From Takakia lepidozioides (lineage: Eukaryota; Plantae; Bryophyta): 64,000 nucleotides of DNA. The position numbers and the translations under genes were made by a program. Location: positions 20,584,001 to 20,648,000 of the forward strand of contig CM060734.1 in NCBI GenBank assembly GCA_030704615.1, in the 5' to 3' direction. Each line of letters starts with the position of its first letter. Position 1 is the first letter of the stretch. A model generated the notes under the pieces. That model saw only the letters and a list, made by a program, of their open reading frames with translations. It did not search any database and had not been told where the DNA came from. Positions 36,368 through 49,649 of the stretch are shown in pieces.

Positions 36368-37475
36368 CTCTTTCTCCCTCTTCTATCTCTTTTTGTTTGT
36401 TTTTTTTGCTTTTTGAGCGAGCTGGGAGCGCGCCCCCGCGACCTGCTGGTGGAGCGCCAGCCGAACACTAGCGCCGCGGGACTGCCAGCATGAAGGAGCT
36501 GCCGCGTGAGGGAGCTGCCCTCCCTCTCCTTCTCTCTCTCTCATTCTCCCTCTCAGCTCTCACTCTCCCTCTCGCTCTCGCCCTTATCTCTCTCCCTCAT
36601 TCTCTCCCTCCCTCTCTCTCTCCCTCCCTCTTCTCTTTTATTATTATTATCATTTTTTTGTTGTTTGAGCGAGGGAGCGCGCCCACGCGACCTGGTGGCG
36701 GAGCGCCAGCGTGAAGGAGCTGCCCCAACTGTAGGTAAGCAGCCATGCATTTCTGATCTTCATAGTGAGAGTTTGGGTTCCACGGAGTAGACAGTGGAAT
36801 CCCCACGGATCTCATAGTATATAGGACAATAGAAGAAGTGTTCTTCAGTTTCAATTTCATGGAGAGAGAGGGAGAGAGAGAAAGAGAGGGAGAGATTTAC
36901 CTTTTTTTTTGGGACCTGCACAAAGGAGAAGGAGAGAGAGGGAGAACGAGGGAGAGAGAGGGAGAGGGACAGACCGGAGAGAGGGAGGGAGAGGGATAGA
37001 GGGGGCCAAGAAAATAAAAAAAGAAGGTGGGGGGGACGAGCAGCAGCAGCTCAGCCCCTCTCTGGTTTTTTTCTTTTGTGAGCAGCAGAAAAGAGAGGGA
37101 CAGGGACAGAGGGAGGAGAGTGAAGGAGAAATGAGGGAAAAAAAAAAAAAAAAAAAAAAAAAAAAGTGGGGGGGAGTGAGTGAGCAGCAGCTCCTCAGTC
37201 ACTCCCCCTCCCCACCTTCCTTTTTAATTTTTTTTCCCTCAACACTCCCTCTCTCTCCACTCCCTCAGCTGCTGCTCAGTCATCCCCCCCACCTTCTTTT
37301 TTATTTATTTTTTCTCTCCTCACTCCCTCTTTCTCCCTCTCTCCCTCTCTCTCCACATCTTCATGGGACAGAGGGAGAGATGAGGGAAAAGAGAGAGAGA
37401 GAGGGAGATATGAGGGAAAAGAGGGAGAGAGAGGGAGAGATGCGGGAAAAGAGGGAGAGAGGGAGAGATGAGGGA
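36085..37475. repeat. Polypyrimidine/polypurine low-complexity region ((CT)n, (GA)n, ~28-nt A run)
   Basis: CT/GA tracts with short direct and inverted duplications. Confidence 0.85.
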
Positions 37476-40400
37476 ACCGTTTAAGGTAGTTAATACACTA
37501 TGGGATTTTCAAGAATGGTACCTGGGTTTAGTGGTTAAGGAAGTTATTTGTGCATCGTAAGGTGGGGGATTCAAATCCCCAATAGCCACATTGCTTCACT
37601 GTAGTTGGTTTTGATTCTCTCCTTTTATTTTGGTTATATTAATATTGTTTGTTGGGCTGATCTTTTCCTTAGAATGATCTACTTGCTTATCTATTCATGA
37701 CTCACATAAATTAATGGGGACTAGTAAAAACTAAATAAATCAATATTCCTATCTTTTAAACATAAATATATACATAAAATCCTTAAAAAAGAAAACAAAT
37801 AATTAAGTTGGTTGGTTGAAATTAAATTTTGTTGTTTGCTTAATAACTAGTATTTACACTAGGCTATCTCTTTAATATATATATACATGTAAAAATCATA
37901 ATTATTTATCCCGAAGTAATTATACATTATCCTTATTTATTTCTAGACCATTGTTTTCGTAAGTACGTCAATGAGTTAGCACTAACTGTTGATTACAAAT
38001 TACAAACGCAAACATTTATAACAAAGAAAATTTATAAATCCACACTAGCAACACCCTTGGAGCTAGGCGGCGCCTTCGGGACCTAACCTGGCTCTGTCTA
38101 TCGCGAACCTTAAATTAAGTATGCAACTGTTAATGGGGTGTATTAATGGTTGACATATTTCTGGTGCATCTGCCGGGAGTTAGAGTAGCTGCTTTGAATT
38201 CTTTAAAATCTTGCTTGTTGTTTTGATGATAAACTGTTTTATGAAGTAGTCTCAACGATTGAAAATGGCTGTGCAGAAATAACAATGGTAGCAACGATCG
38301 GATGTGTCATTTGAGAGAATAGTACAAATGACATTTCCACACCATCTCCTCATATCAATTAGGGGATGGGAGCCTTGATAGTGTAGGCGACGCTAACATG
38401 ATAAACCAACTAGCAAAGATGAATGTCGAATTCTGCTTCTAGCTCCCATCACAGTCCTAGTACAGATTCCGGAGAGACAGATCCTAGACTTAGACGTAGA
38501 ATATTTCGTGCAGCAATTAGAGAAAGATTTTTTCAATTACCCAGAAGTACAGTTCAAGTAACAACATCTGAAGAAGAAACGGAGGAGACTTCGGTTAATC
38601 AACCCATAGATCACCTGAATATAGATATGAACGGACAGGACTCTGACCACCACAGGCACCGCCGGCACCGGCGCCTCCACCAGCACCGCTTGCTCCGGAT
38701 ATTCCAATAGTGGTGCCAGCAGGTTTGGCTCCATTGCCACTACCGGGTCACTTGCCTTGGTTTTCTGGTGAACCACATGAAAACCCTGAATATCATGTCA
38801 AATTTTTTGTCCAAAATTGTTACTCCAATCAGTGGATGATGCTTATTGGTTGATTTGGTTCCCTACGACTTTAAGGGGTAGGGCGTTGACTTGGTATTGG
38901 CAGCAAAACGGGGGTTCATTTCAACAATGGGCTCAATTTCGGGATGCCTTTCTAAATCATTTCACAGCAGTACATCAGTTTACAAGTGTTCTTATGGCCC
39001 TTGCCAGGATCAGACAGGGACCAAATGAGGAAGTTGTTGATTTTGAGACGCGTTTCAAAGAGCTAATGCGATTACAAAATCCTCTAACACCCTTGGATGA
39101 TGGGGTTTTGAAAGATTGTTTTCTGAGTGGGTTACGAGAGGATATTCACTTGTTTGTGTTGCAACAGAGACCTGCTACATTCGCAGATGCGATCAACTCA
39201 GGGAAAGAACATGACAACATGCATCGTCAGGTACAATGTGCGAAGATGTCAGAGATGGCGCTTTTTTCATACATTGCGATTAACCCAACGCTTGCAATTT
39301 CGGAGGCACCTCCCCCGCCCTATTACAGACTGACAATGACTGGAGGGATGGTTCCTGCTGCCACAATGACATCTGCAATGCCTTTGGTGGCCATCACCAC
39401 CCCCTCAACCCCAGCAATACACTTTCAGTCGGTTCTTGCTGAATCATATACGGGATCCACTAGCAATGATCGGATGGGACATTTTGAGGAACAACTAACA
39501 TCTGTGTTGAGAGCTGTTGAGTCCATGGGGGATAGAGTTAGTGCCATTGGTCCGCAGGTTTCCAGTTATGTCCATCACAGGGATACTCAGGTTCCATTAG
39601 CTGAGATGGGTCCTAATGCGTCCAAGTTATGGTGTTATAACTGTCGAGGGTCAGGTCATGATCCCCAACATTGTCCCAACCCGATCCAGGAAAGGGGACC
39701 ACCTCCATCCCAGAATCCTCCACCAGGACAGGGGTATAGGCCACGAAACCGTTATCCGCCGTGTGGAAAGTGTGGTCGGTCAGTCATAGAACAGAAGATT
39801 GTTGGAACGATGTCACATGTCTTCATTGTAGTTTAGTAGGTTATCCTTTGGAGCGCTGTCGAACAAGAAATATTGAGAGGCCAAAACCTACAACCCAATG
39901 GCAAGTTGATCAGAATTTACGAGGTCAAAGAGCGTCATTTCCTGATCAATAAAATCAGGTGCCTCCGGCAAATTTACCACCCCAACACGGGATGTACTTT
40001 GCTCCGCAAATATTACAAAGAGATCCAAATTCCAATCCCCCAAAGCAATCTCAATTCAGTCATCAGCCTAGGGTGTCATTTACAAATCCTGTGATGCAGG
40101 AAACGCAAAGTCAACTTCCATGGCGACGATCTCAGGATGAGAGGAATCAAGGGTCCAATCAAGCATCGACATCCACACACCCTCTTCCACAAGCAGGGAC
40201 TTCCTCTGGTCCAGTCACGCAGAAGTTACCATCGCAACCTAATGTGAATTGGATACATGCCGAACTGTCAAGCATGCCAAGGAGGAACGTGGGGAGAACA
40301 CATGTGTGGTGATGACTCGCCAACAACAAAAGATGTTGGTACGAGCGATGGAAGAGGTAATTCCAGAGGTTACACCTACTTCATCTTTGGACAAAGAACC

Positions 40401-40518
40401 AATGGATTTTCAAGTTGTGAAGGATGATGTGACAAAAATTGCTACTACTCTTCACAATGAGAATGAAGCCAATATCAGGAAGGGAAAATCTGTGGTATTT
40501 GAAGGGAGTGACTCTCCG

Positions 40519-41243
40519 TGTCGTGCACCTCACTTCGGTAAGCTCCCCTTCAAGTCATAGTTACTCGCTTGATGCGCGCGCCTAACTCCCAACCTAGCCG
40601 CCCGGGCCAACTTGGAGCTTCGGCTGCTCACCGGGACATAACGGTCCCCCTTCGCTCCCCACTAAACCCTCCACCTATTTGGGACTAGGAGAATTCCCTT
40701 TGGTAGATGGCAGTCCGGAACAGCTCCCCACTCTTTGGTCGCTTTCCGGCTCGCTCGCTTACTCACTAGTTTTTGGTCACCAACGGGCTTGCACCGTTCT
40801 TGAGGTTACTACTCCCTATATATACTTCTGTAGCTGTCCGCGGGGGTTTCACAACCAGCCATGCCATTTTATGGCGAACCACCACGAAAACCCTCGACTC
40901 CCGGTGATGAGTCGCGGTGAGTCTTGGCCCGCTCACCACGGCCCCTATGGACCGTGATGAGTCCCAAGACTCCCCACGACTCCCACCACGAGGTCTCCGC
41001 CCCCATGGTGAGTCCTATGCCACCCCCACTAAGTCCCGCTAAGCTACCACCACCCCTTGTGGAGCCACCCCCACCGCAACCCGGTGTGCGGGGCTCCACC
41101 TAGTGAGCGCCTCCGCTTCCCTGAGTGCCTTGGGCACTCAAGGGTGCTTCAGCCCCCCATACCTATCGCTGCCGCTGCCCCCACCACAGGGGCAGCCCCT
41201 CATGTGTCCCGATCCCCTGCCCTCAAGGCAAAGGGCCGCGACA
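40519..41243 (-). repeat. 3' LTR of Ty3 copy 2
   Basis: Nearly identical to 46766-47490. Confidence 0.95.
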
Positions 41244-42149
41244 CACACCCCTACCAACAGGGAGTCGATGTCCTCATCGACTTGTCCATTTTGTAGAAAC
41301 GAACATCCAAGTTGTGGCGTCCCACATCAAGGAGTTTGTTTCCGTACCATGGCGTCCCATGGCAAAGAACCAAACCCCACACTTGACTCTACTCTCCACT
41401 AGCTAGTTCGGCCGACTTCCTCCAAGTCCCGGCCAAGGGTGGAGCCTCTCCAGCTCCTTCCAGTGCACTCTTCTTGGCCTACTTCAAGGCCAAGGAACGA
41501 TCCTCCCCGAGGATCGAATCGCCTTACTGCAACAACATTGCTTGCGACCGCTCGTGATGCCGCTTTGGGCATCACCTTGAGCAAGGGTTCACCTTGAACC
41601 CTCTTTGACTAGGAAGATAACCTTGAACCAACCGTGCGCCCCAATCACTACAATTGGGTCCGTCTTGGAATGCTGGCCTGAGGTACGGGAACACGTCGAA
41701 GCCGCACTACGACTTCGTCCCGAGGCTACACGATTATAGTACGTGAACGGAAGCACGTAGCTTCCGCGTTAGCCCGCACTACAAGGCAACCACCTCGGTA
41801 GCGCAGTTATAGTACGCGCACGCGCCAGGTGCGCACTAGCACGTGAACTCCCAAAGAAGGCGCATGTTTCCTTGCCCCTTGGATGGGAGTCACCCGGTTT
41901 CGGCACTGCGTAAACACACGATTAACCCAATTTACCTCTCCCACTTTTGTAAGCTAGCATGCATTCTACACACTAGCCAACCACACCATGCATCACCATT
42001 CCAAACACAATAGGACGCACAATATTTGGAACCCATTTCCTTTATAACAGATTTTTGTACAATACAAGTTTTTGCAATCGGATTCCTGAGCTAGCTAAAC
42101 CGGGCTAAGCATGCATTTCCTCCCCCACGCTCCAAGGTTGATGTCCCCA

Positions 42150-45100
42150 TCAACGTTTCTTCCGCTTTTGAGGTCGCCCTTCGAAAGCTGCAACCGCCTC
42201 GGATGCGTTTCCCATTTCTGAGGCACGCACCCAAGATGCCTCCACATGATGATAGCCCTTCCATTTGACGAGATACTCGTTTCTCGGTTCTTGAACCTCC
42301 TTGACTTAAGTATTGCCTCCACCTCGTACTCAGGTTCATTTTCATGATCCAACAGCATAGGTGGCGGACGCAACACTTGATGCCGATTCGGACGTGCTTC
42401 ATCTTTGAAGTAAGGCTTCAAAAGGGAGACATGGAATACTGGGTGCACCTTGCTGTTTGCCGGCAGCTCCAATTCATACACATCCTCATTCATAACCTTC
42501 TGAATGCGAAATGGACCCGCATACGGAGGTACGAACTTCTGACTCACTTCCGGAGGTAGTCGGAAATTCTTGATGTTCAACCAGACCTCTGTGCCTGCCT
42601 CAAACTTCACTTCCTTCCGCTTCCGATTCGCCTGCCTTTCATACCGTTTCCTAGCTTTGGCAATGTTGTACTTTGCGAGCTTCAACAAACGCTCGCATTC
42701 TTCCAGTACCGCCGCTACTGCCGGTTCCTCAACGTCCTGGGCGGCCCTTGTCGGCACCAGAGGTGCTTTTCCATAGACCAATACGAAAGGGGAAACTCCC
42801 GTTGCGGAGTGTTCTGTGTTATTATAACAGAACTCTGCCGCGTCTAAGTGTTCCACCCAGTCTGTTTGGTCTGCCGACACGTAATTCCGCAAGATCTGCT
42901 TCACTACGGAATTCACTCTTTCTGTTTGGCCGTCGGTCGTAGGTCGGAAGGCGGTGCTCATCTTCAGCCTCGTCCCCATCTTCTTCCAAAGTGCTCTCCA
43001 GAATTTACTCGTAAACTTTGGATCGCGGTCCGAGACAATATCCTTTGGGACTCCATGATGCTTTAAAGACGTGGGCGAAGTAAAGTCGCCTTGTCTCCTG
43101 CGCCGTTGCCGTCTCCTTGGTGGGGATAAAATGGCCCATTTTACTGAACCTATCCACCACCACCATGATTGCATCGAATCCTTTTGACAACAGCATAGCA
43201 GTCATGAAATCCATCGAGACGCTTTCCCAAGTCCCCTCTGGAATCGGCAAGGGTTGTAACAGCCCCGCTTGCTTTTTGTACTCGCTCCGGTTTTGTTGGC
43301 ATGTGGTGCATGTCTTGACATACTCCTCTGCCTCCTCCCTCAGTTTGGGCCAGAAATACTCTTTCTTCAAGAGTGCCGCAGTGCGCTTGGCTCCGCCATG
43401 GCCCGCAAGCGGGCTATCATGGCATTCTCTCAAGAGGCTATCTCTGATCCCTCCCTTCGGCACATAGAGACGCTTTTGCTTATACCGGAGCAACCCATTT
43501 TGCAAGTGGAATTGCGATTTAACTCCCACTCTCAAGTCCTGCATCACGGACTTTGCCAGCTCATCCTTCCGGCAAGCCTTCCGGATCTTCCTTTGGAGCG
43601 CCGTCTCGCCCTTGTACACCAACAAGAGCTGCTGCTTTCTACTTAAAGCATCGGCCACCACGTTGTCTCGTCCCGGTTTGTACTGGATATCCACGTCGAA
43701 CACCGCCAAAGTATCTTGCCACCTAAGTTGTTTTGGGGACAACTTGGGCTGCGTGGCAAAATACTTCACCGTGACATTGTCCGTGAACACCTTCACTGGG
43801 TTGGAACCAACATAGTGGCGCCAGAGCTCAAGACAGTGCACCACCGCCTTCATCTCTTTCTCGTGCGTCGGCCACCGTCGCTCCACTTCATTCAGTTTCT
43901 TACTTTCGTAAGTCACTGGACGTCCATCTTGCATCAGTACACCCCCAATCGCGAAGTCCGACGCATCTGTATGTATCTCGAACGGACGATCGAACTCCGG
44001 GATTTTCAAGACTGGAGCTTCCGCCATCCGCTGCTTCAATTCAGCAAAAGCTTGGCCACAAAAGGTGTTCCATGCCCAGACTTTAGATTTACACAGAAGG
44101 TCCGACAGCGGCCCCGCGATCTTGGCGTAATTTCTCACATACTTCTGGTAATAGGAGGCGAGTCCTAGGAAGGAACGCACTCCCGGGACCGAAGTCGGAG
44201 GCTCCCAGTCCAAGATCGCCCTCACCTTTCTGTCATCCATTTTGATCCCATCCTGTGTAATCACATGCCCCAAGAACTCCACTTTCGTGACCCCGAATTC
44301 GCACTTTGAAGCTTTGGCATACAGCTTCCCTTCTCGCAATTTTTGAAACACCCTTTTGAGATGCTCCAGGTGCTCCTCCTTTGTTTTCGAGTACACCAAG
44401 ATGTCGTTGATGTACACGATCACAAAGTCATCCAACCACTCCTGGAAAAGGCTGTTCATCAGCGTGCTAAATGTCGCTGGTGCATTGGTGAGCCCAAAAG
44501 GCATCACCAAGAACTCATATGAACCATACCTTGTCCTGCACGCGGTCTTCTCCTCACCTCCTTCCGCCACCCGAATTTGATGATAGCCGGAGCGCAAGTC
44601 GATCCGGCTGAAATACTTCGCTCCTGCCAACCGGTCAAAAAGGTCGTCGATCCTTGGCAAAGGGTACCGGTTTTTAATAGTCACCTTATTTAAAGCCCTG
44701 TAATCGACACACATCCGCAGCGTCCCATCCTTCTTGTTTGCGAATAGCACCGGGGCTCCGTAAGGTGACTTACTCGGCCGGATGTACCCCTTTGACGTTA
44801 GATCCTTGAGCTGAGTCTTCAGCTCGACCAACTCTCTGTGGCTCAACCGGTAGGGCGCCTTGGCAGGCGGTTCCGATCCCGGTATCACCTCAATCTTGTG
44901 GTCAACTCCTCTTCGCGGTGGCAAGCCGCTTGGTAAATCCTCCGGCATCACATCCTGGTATTTCTCCAAAATCCCCTTGATCCAATCTGGGCTCGGCTCC
45001 CCATCGCCTTCTCCCTTCACTTCTCTAATGTAAAGCAAAAACTGGGGTTCGTGTGCCTCCTCCACGGCCCACTCCCTTGCTGACAGAAGGTTTATTCGCC

Positions 45101-46713
45101 CTCCCACGGATTTGGGCATTTTCGACACTCGTAAGACCTCGTCACCATTCCCACATGGCAGCGTGACTACTCTCTTGCGGCCATCTATGACCGATCCGGA
45201 TTTGCTCAAAAAGGTCATCCCCAAAATGAGATCTACTCCATCGATCTCGCAGATGGTGAAGTTCTCACGTCCCTCCCAACTCCCCAGTTGAAGAGGAACA
45301 TTAAACGTCAACCTTGTCGCCAACTGTGGTTCTCCTTTGGCAGAACGCACCTCAATAGAGGCCCCCACGTCACTTGTCGGGAGTCCCAGCTTTTGTGCCG
45401 TTACCGGTGTCATGAAGGAGTGCGACGCTCCTGTGTCCACCAACAACGACACATTAGTTCCGGATATTATCCCATCCACGAACAATAACTGAGTCCCTTT
45501 TCGTAAGGCGCCAGTTTCCTGATACAACTCACAAGAAAATTTGCCTACCTTGCAAGTCCTGGCGACCACCGCTTCCACCAAGCGACTGATGGTATCTTCC
45601 GACAGCTCCATGGTCGCCCGAGTCATGTTCAATTGCCGGGGCTTCGTGCACTTCTTGGCCATGTGCCCGGGCTCCCCGCAATTGAAATACACTCCATCAA
45701 AGGTCGCCTTCTGTCCGCCATAAGCCGCTCCACCCGCTTTTCCTTTCGAAGCACCGGGTCCCGCCTTGACGTGTGAAGGCCCTCCCTTCGATTACCACGT
45801 GCCATTGTCGCCGTGTGGCCTATCCCACTTCTTTTCCGGTCGGAAGGAGTCACCTTCCCGCCGGGTCTTCTTGTGGTTCAGCTCTGTACGGCCTTGTCTC
45901 TCACCCCTAGGGACATCCGATAAACATTCAGCCCTCTCAATTGCCTCGTTCAAAGTCTTGGGTGGCTTCTCCTCCAACTTCCGCCTGGCCCATGGGGCCA
46001 GTCCCGCCACAAAGTTGAAGACCATTTCTGGTTCTGCCATGTCCACGACTTCGAGCAACAGCACATTGAAAGCCTGGACATACCCCCGAATGCCATCTGT
46101 TTGCTTCAAATTCCTCATCTTGTCCCGGGCAAGCCAGGACGCGTTGAGGGGCACAAACTGTCTCTTCATCAATTCCTTGAACCCACTCCAGTTCAAGGTT
46201 TCCGGGCTTGGGCCTCGGTCGTGAAGGCGTTTCTGCCACCATTGTTGAGCATAGCCCCTCAAATAGGTGGGAGCCACTTCCACCCGATCCTCGTCACTCA
46301 ACTTGGCCGCCCGGAAGTACTGCTCTAGCTCCAGGAGCCAGGTGTTGAGTGCCTTCCGATTTCGAACGCCCTCGAAGGTGTCGGGTTCCTTAGGCTTCAC
46401 CTTAAACTTTGCCTTAGTGGAAGTGGCATTAGCCGCCTTCAACACGTCTTTCAACGTCCCGCCAAACTGCGCCAACAACCCTTCCCAAAAGGCTGCCGGC
46501 ATGGGAGGCATCTCTTGGTTTGTCGGAGCTCTCAAGGATTCCTCAGGCTCCGACTCCTCGGATTCCTCCCGCTCTTGAGCGGCCCTCGTTTTTGGAAACA
46601 TTCATCGCTTCCTCGAACGGCCGCCTCGATGACACGTCGCCCCCATCGGGCTCACCAAGATCATCATCTTTTGGGCCGTTCCGCTTTCGCTTCGGCTTGC
46701 CCGACCCCATTAT
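42150..46713 (-). pseudogene. gag-pol-chromodomain of Ty3 copy 2 with few lesions
   Basis: Gag and the 895-aa pol ORF are in one frame, separated by a TAA at 45792 (AAA in copy 1); YIND at the RT motif; frameshifts near 43070, 42280 and 46600. Confidence 0.93.
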
Positions 46714-46765
46714 GAGGCCAATCCCAAGGACGATCGCCAACTGAACTCTAAGCTCTGATACCAAA

Positions 46766-47490
46766 TGTCGCGCACCTCACTTCGGTAAGCTCCCCTTCAA
46801 GTCATAGTTACTCGCTTGATGCGCGCGCCTAACTCCCAACCTGGCCGCCCGGGCCAACTTGGAGCTTCGGCTGCTCACCGGGACATAACGGTCCCCCTTC
46901 GCTCCCCACTAAACCCTCCACCTATTTGGGACTAGGAGAATTCCCTTTGGTAGATGGCAGCCCGGAACAGCTCCCCACTCTTTGGTCGTTTTCCGGCTCG
47001 TTCGCTTACTCACTAGTTTTTGGTCACCAACGGGCTTGCACCGTTCTCGGGGTTACTACTCCCTATATATACTTCTGTAGCTGTCCGCGGGGGTTTCACA
47101 ACCAGCCATGCCATTTTATGGCGAACCACCACGAAAACCCTCGACTCCCGGTGATGAGTCGCGGTGAGTCTTGGCCCGCTCACCACGGCCCCTATGGACC
47201 GTGATGAGTCCCAAGACTCCCCACGACTCCCACCACGAGGTCTCTGCCCCCATGGTGAGTCCTATGCCACCCCCACTAAGTCCCGCTAAGCTACCACCAC
47301 CCCTTGTGGAGCCACCCCTACCGCAACCCGGTGTGCGGGGCTCCACCTAGTGAGCGCCTCCGCTTCCCTGAGTGCCTTGGGCACTCAAGGGTGCTTCAGC
47401 CCCCCATACCTATCGCTGCCGCTGCCCCCACCTCAGGGGCAGCCCCTCATGTGTCCCGACCCCCTGCCCTCAAGGCAAAGGGCCACGACA
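46766..47490 (-). repeat. 5' LTR of Ty3 copy 2
   Basis: Adjacent to the PBS; TG...CA ends. Confidence 0.95.
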
Positions 47491-48816
47491 CTCCGGGTAA
47501 GGTGTCCACTCCATTGCCGTCACTAGTGATGCGACCAAAAGTGTCAGCAGTCAAAATAGCTAACACTACAGCGAAACGTCCTCAAATTCTGAAAAGGAAG
47601 TCTACCACCATGAGATTTACCGATGAGCTTGAGCCCTCTAACTTGATGCATGACCTGCGCCAAATGCAAGCCAACATTTCAGTAGCTCAGCTTGTTGCTC
47701 TTGCCCCTACAGTCAGACAAGCCCTGAAGGCTTCATTGGTCAGGAAAAGACGAGAGAATTTCCCAGTATTGCATCATGTCAATGCAAGAATAGACCCTGG
47801 ACCAAGAGAGATTGAAGTGGAGATTGTAGACTGTTTTATTCAACATTGCTTGGTAGATGGTGGAATCTCGGTGAACATCATGCCCCTCTCCACAATGGAG
47901 AAACTAGGCTTACACATGACTGGTAAATCCCCATTGATTATCCGATTGGCAGATCAGCGAAGAATCAGGCCAGTGGGTCAAATTCCCAATCTTCATATGC
48001 AATCCGGGGGTTCTGCATACACAATGGACTTCCAAGTCATTGAATTTCCGTTAGATGGATACTCGTATGCATTACTGTTGGGCAGACCATGGTTGGTTCA
48101 GGCTCAAGCATGTATAGACTGGGCTAAGGGAACCATCACTTATGGGGTCAAACCCAATAGTGTGATAGTGTCATTCCTCTCATCTGTACCCAAGGTCTTA
48201 ACTGATGAAGATGAATTCGGTGCAATAGGATCAGATGAGGAGTCGGAAGATTTGAGTGAGGAAGATCTTCGTACTAAAGAAGAACCTGAAGTGCAAATCA
48301 ACAGAGTGATAACTACGCCTTGGGTACCTAAAAGACCCAAGATGATTGATGAGGGGAAGAACTTGTTGGGGGATGTGGTCAAGTCATTGGGCCCAGGGTT
48401 GTATGAGTGTAACTCTGATTCCGATTGTCTTGAGTGGTTATATGGTAAAGAAGAAACCGTGAATATGCTTCATGTGGAAAGAAATACCATTACAGGTATG
48501 GAACTACCATCTTCAGGAAGAGGGGTTTTGGTAGAGCTGTTCATGATAACCTCTGACAAAGTTGGCCAAGAGGATAGCATGTCCCCTCAGGAAGAAAACC
48601 ATGAGATTTTTTTATCTCAAACTCATCGATGAAGATGAATTAGTACAGGACGTGTTGAGACATAGTGCTCTGTCCACTCCCTACCTACAATGAACGAATA
48701 CTCCTGCATTGGCAGATCAAATCACAGAGTCAGAATTCACTTTCAAACCGAAGACCCAGATGATAGACATGTCCGTAGGAAATGAACCTCCAAGAATGAT
48801 AAAGCTAGAACCTCAG

Positions 48817-49090
48817 CTGATTGCAGCAGATGTTTTCTTCATCTTGATGGTATTCACAATGTTCTTGTCAGGCATGGCACTGATGCCTAAAAAAATTGCC
48901 ATTTGTTTCACACTTGGCTGCATCTTCATCATGGGAGCCTTCTTTGCACTAAAAGGGCCCAAAACTCAATTTCTACACATGAGTTCCAAAGAGAAATGGC
49001 CGTTTATGGTAGGATTTCTTGGGAGCATGGCAGCCACAATCTATGTGTCCATGGTTCTCCATCAATTCTCTATAATTTTTGTAGTCATTC
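48817..49090 (+). pseudogene. SFT2: Captured fragment of host SFT2-like (Got1/Sft2) vesicle-transport gene
   Basis: VFFILMVFTMFL...LMPKKIAICFTLGCIFIMGAFFALKGPKTQFLHMSSKEKWPF...GSMAATIYVSMVLH closely resembles the plant SFT2 transmembrane region. Confidence 0.8.
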
Positions 49091-49649
49091 CTTTCCGCTT
49101 TGATAAGAGGAGAAAGAAACGTACTTTCAAGGAAGGAGATTTGGTAATGGTGTTTGACAGCAGGAATGAAAACTTCAAAGCAAAATTCGACTCTTTGTGG
49201 ATGGGTCCGTATGTGGTACATGAAGTCTTCGACAATGGTTCTTTGCAGCTGGAGACCTTGAGGGGGGAGTGGTTTCCAAACAGAGTAAATGGAATACGTT
49301 GCAAGCATTATAATGTGTGACCAGTTCCAGAGTAAGCATAGGTATGTCTTGCCCTAATCTTTTCTAGTCAAGAGTGGAGCTTGAATGGAAGCAGGGCAGT
49401 GGAATTGCACTCATGGCCGGATCTGGACGAAATACAGACGAAGATGGAGTATGTTACCAGTCAGCATCAACTCAAATCCGGAGAGAATACTGACGCTATT
49501 CTCTCTACCCTTGTATCTATTGAAGTTGGTTGTTCATTTATTATTAACAATGTACAAAGTGAAAACTAATCTTGTGAAGGGTTTGAAAACGACGTCAGTG
49601 TTTGCATCCATGTCACGTGCATTAGTTCATCTTCATCTGATGAGTCCTC

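Larger units (their letters stand above)
40519..47490 (-). mobile_element. Ty3/Gypsy chromovirus-type LTR retrotransposon, copy 2 (full length, 6,972 bp)
   Basis: 725-bp LTRs at 40519-41243 and 46766-47490; TSD CTCCG at 40514-40518 and 47491-47495; PBS TGGTATCAGAGC (tRNA-iMet) at 46752-46763. Confidence 0.97.
37490..49320 (+). mobile_element. Non-chromovirus Ty3/Gypsy relic (Athila-like), interrupted by Ty3 copy 2; most of pol deleted; outer limits uncertain
   Basis: LTR-like end GTTGACA at ~38155 then PBS-like TGGTGCATCTGCCGGGA. Gag at 38423-39950 (FPTTLRGRALTWY, CYNCRGSGHDPQHC); protease LVDGGISVNIM (~47850); integrase tail FKEGDLV...WMGPY...RVNG (49100-49320). Confidence 0.75.

Noticed and set aside
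36041-37484. Leu/Ser- or Glu/Arg-rich ORFs
   Set aside because: Artefacts of CT/GA low-complexity sequence.
40514-40518. Target-site preference from similar TSDs CTACG and CTCCG
   Set aside because: Only two events in opposite orientations; the shared CNNNG pattern is not significant.
40895-40985. Hammerhead ribozyme in the LTR (TGATGAG motifs)
   Set aside because: No CTGANGA core paired with a correctly placed GAAA and three stems.
47304-48632. 442-aa ORF as a standalone gene
   Set aside because: Chance read-through from the antisense LTR of Ty3 copy 2 into the protease region of the Athila-like relic.
48709-49320. env-like gene
   Set aside because: The hydrophobic part resembles host SFT2 and lies before, not after, the integrase tail.
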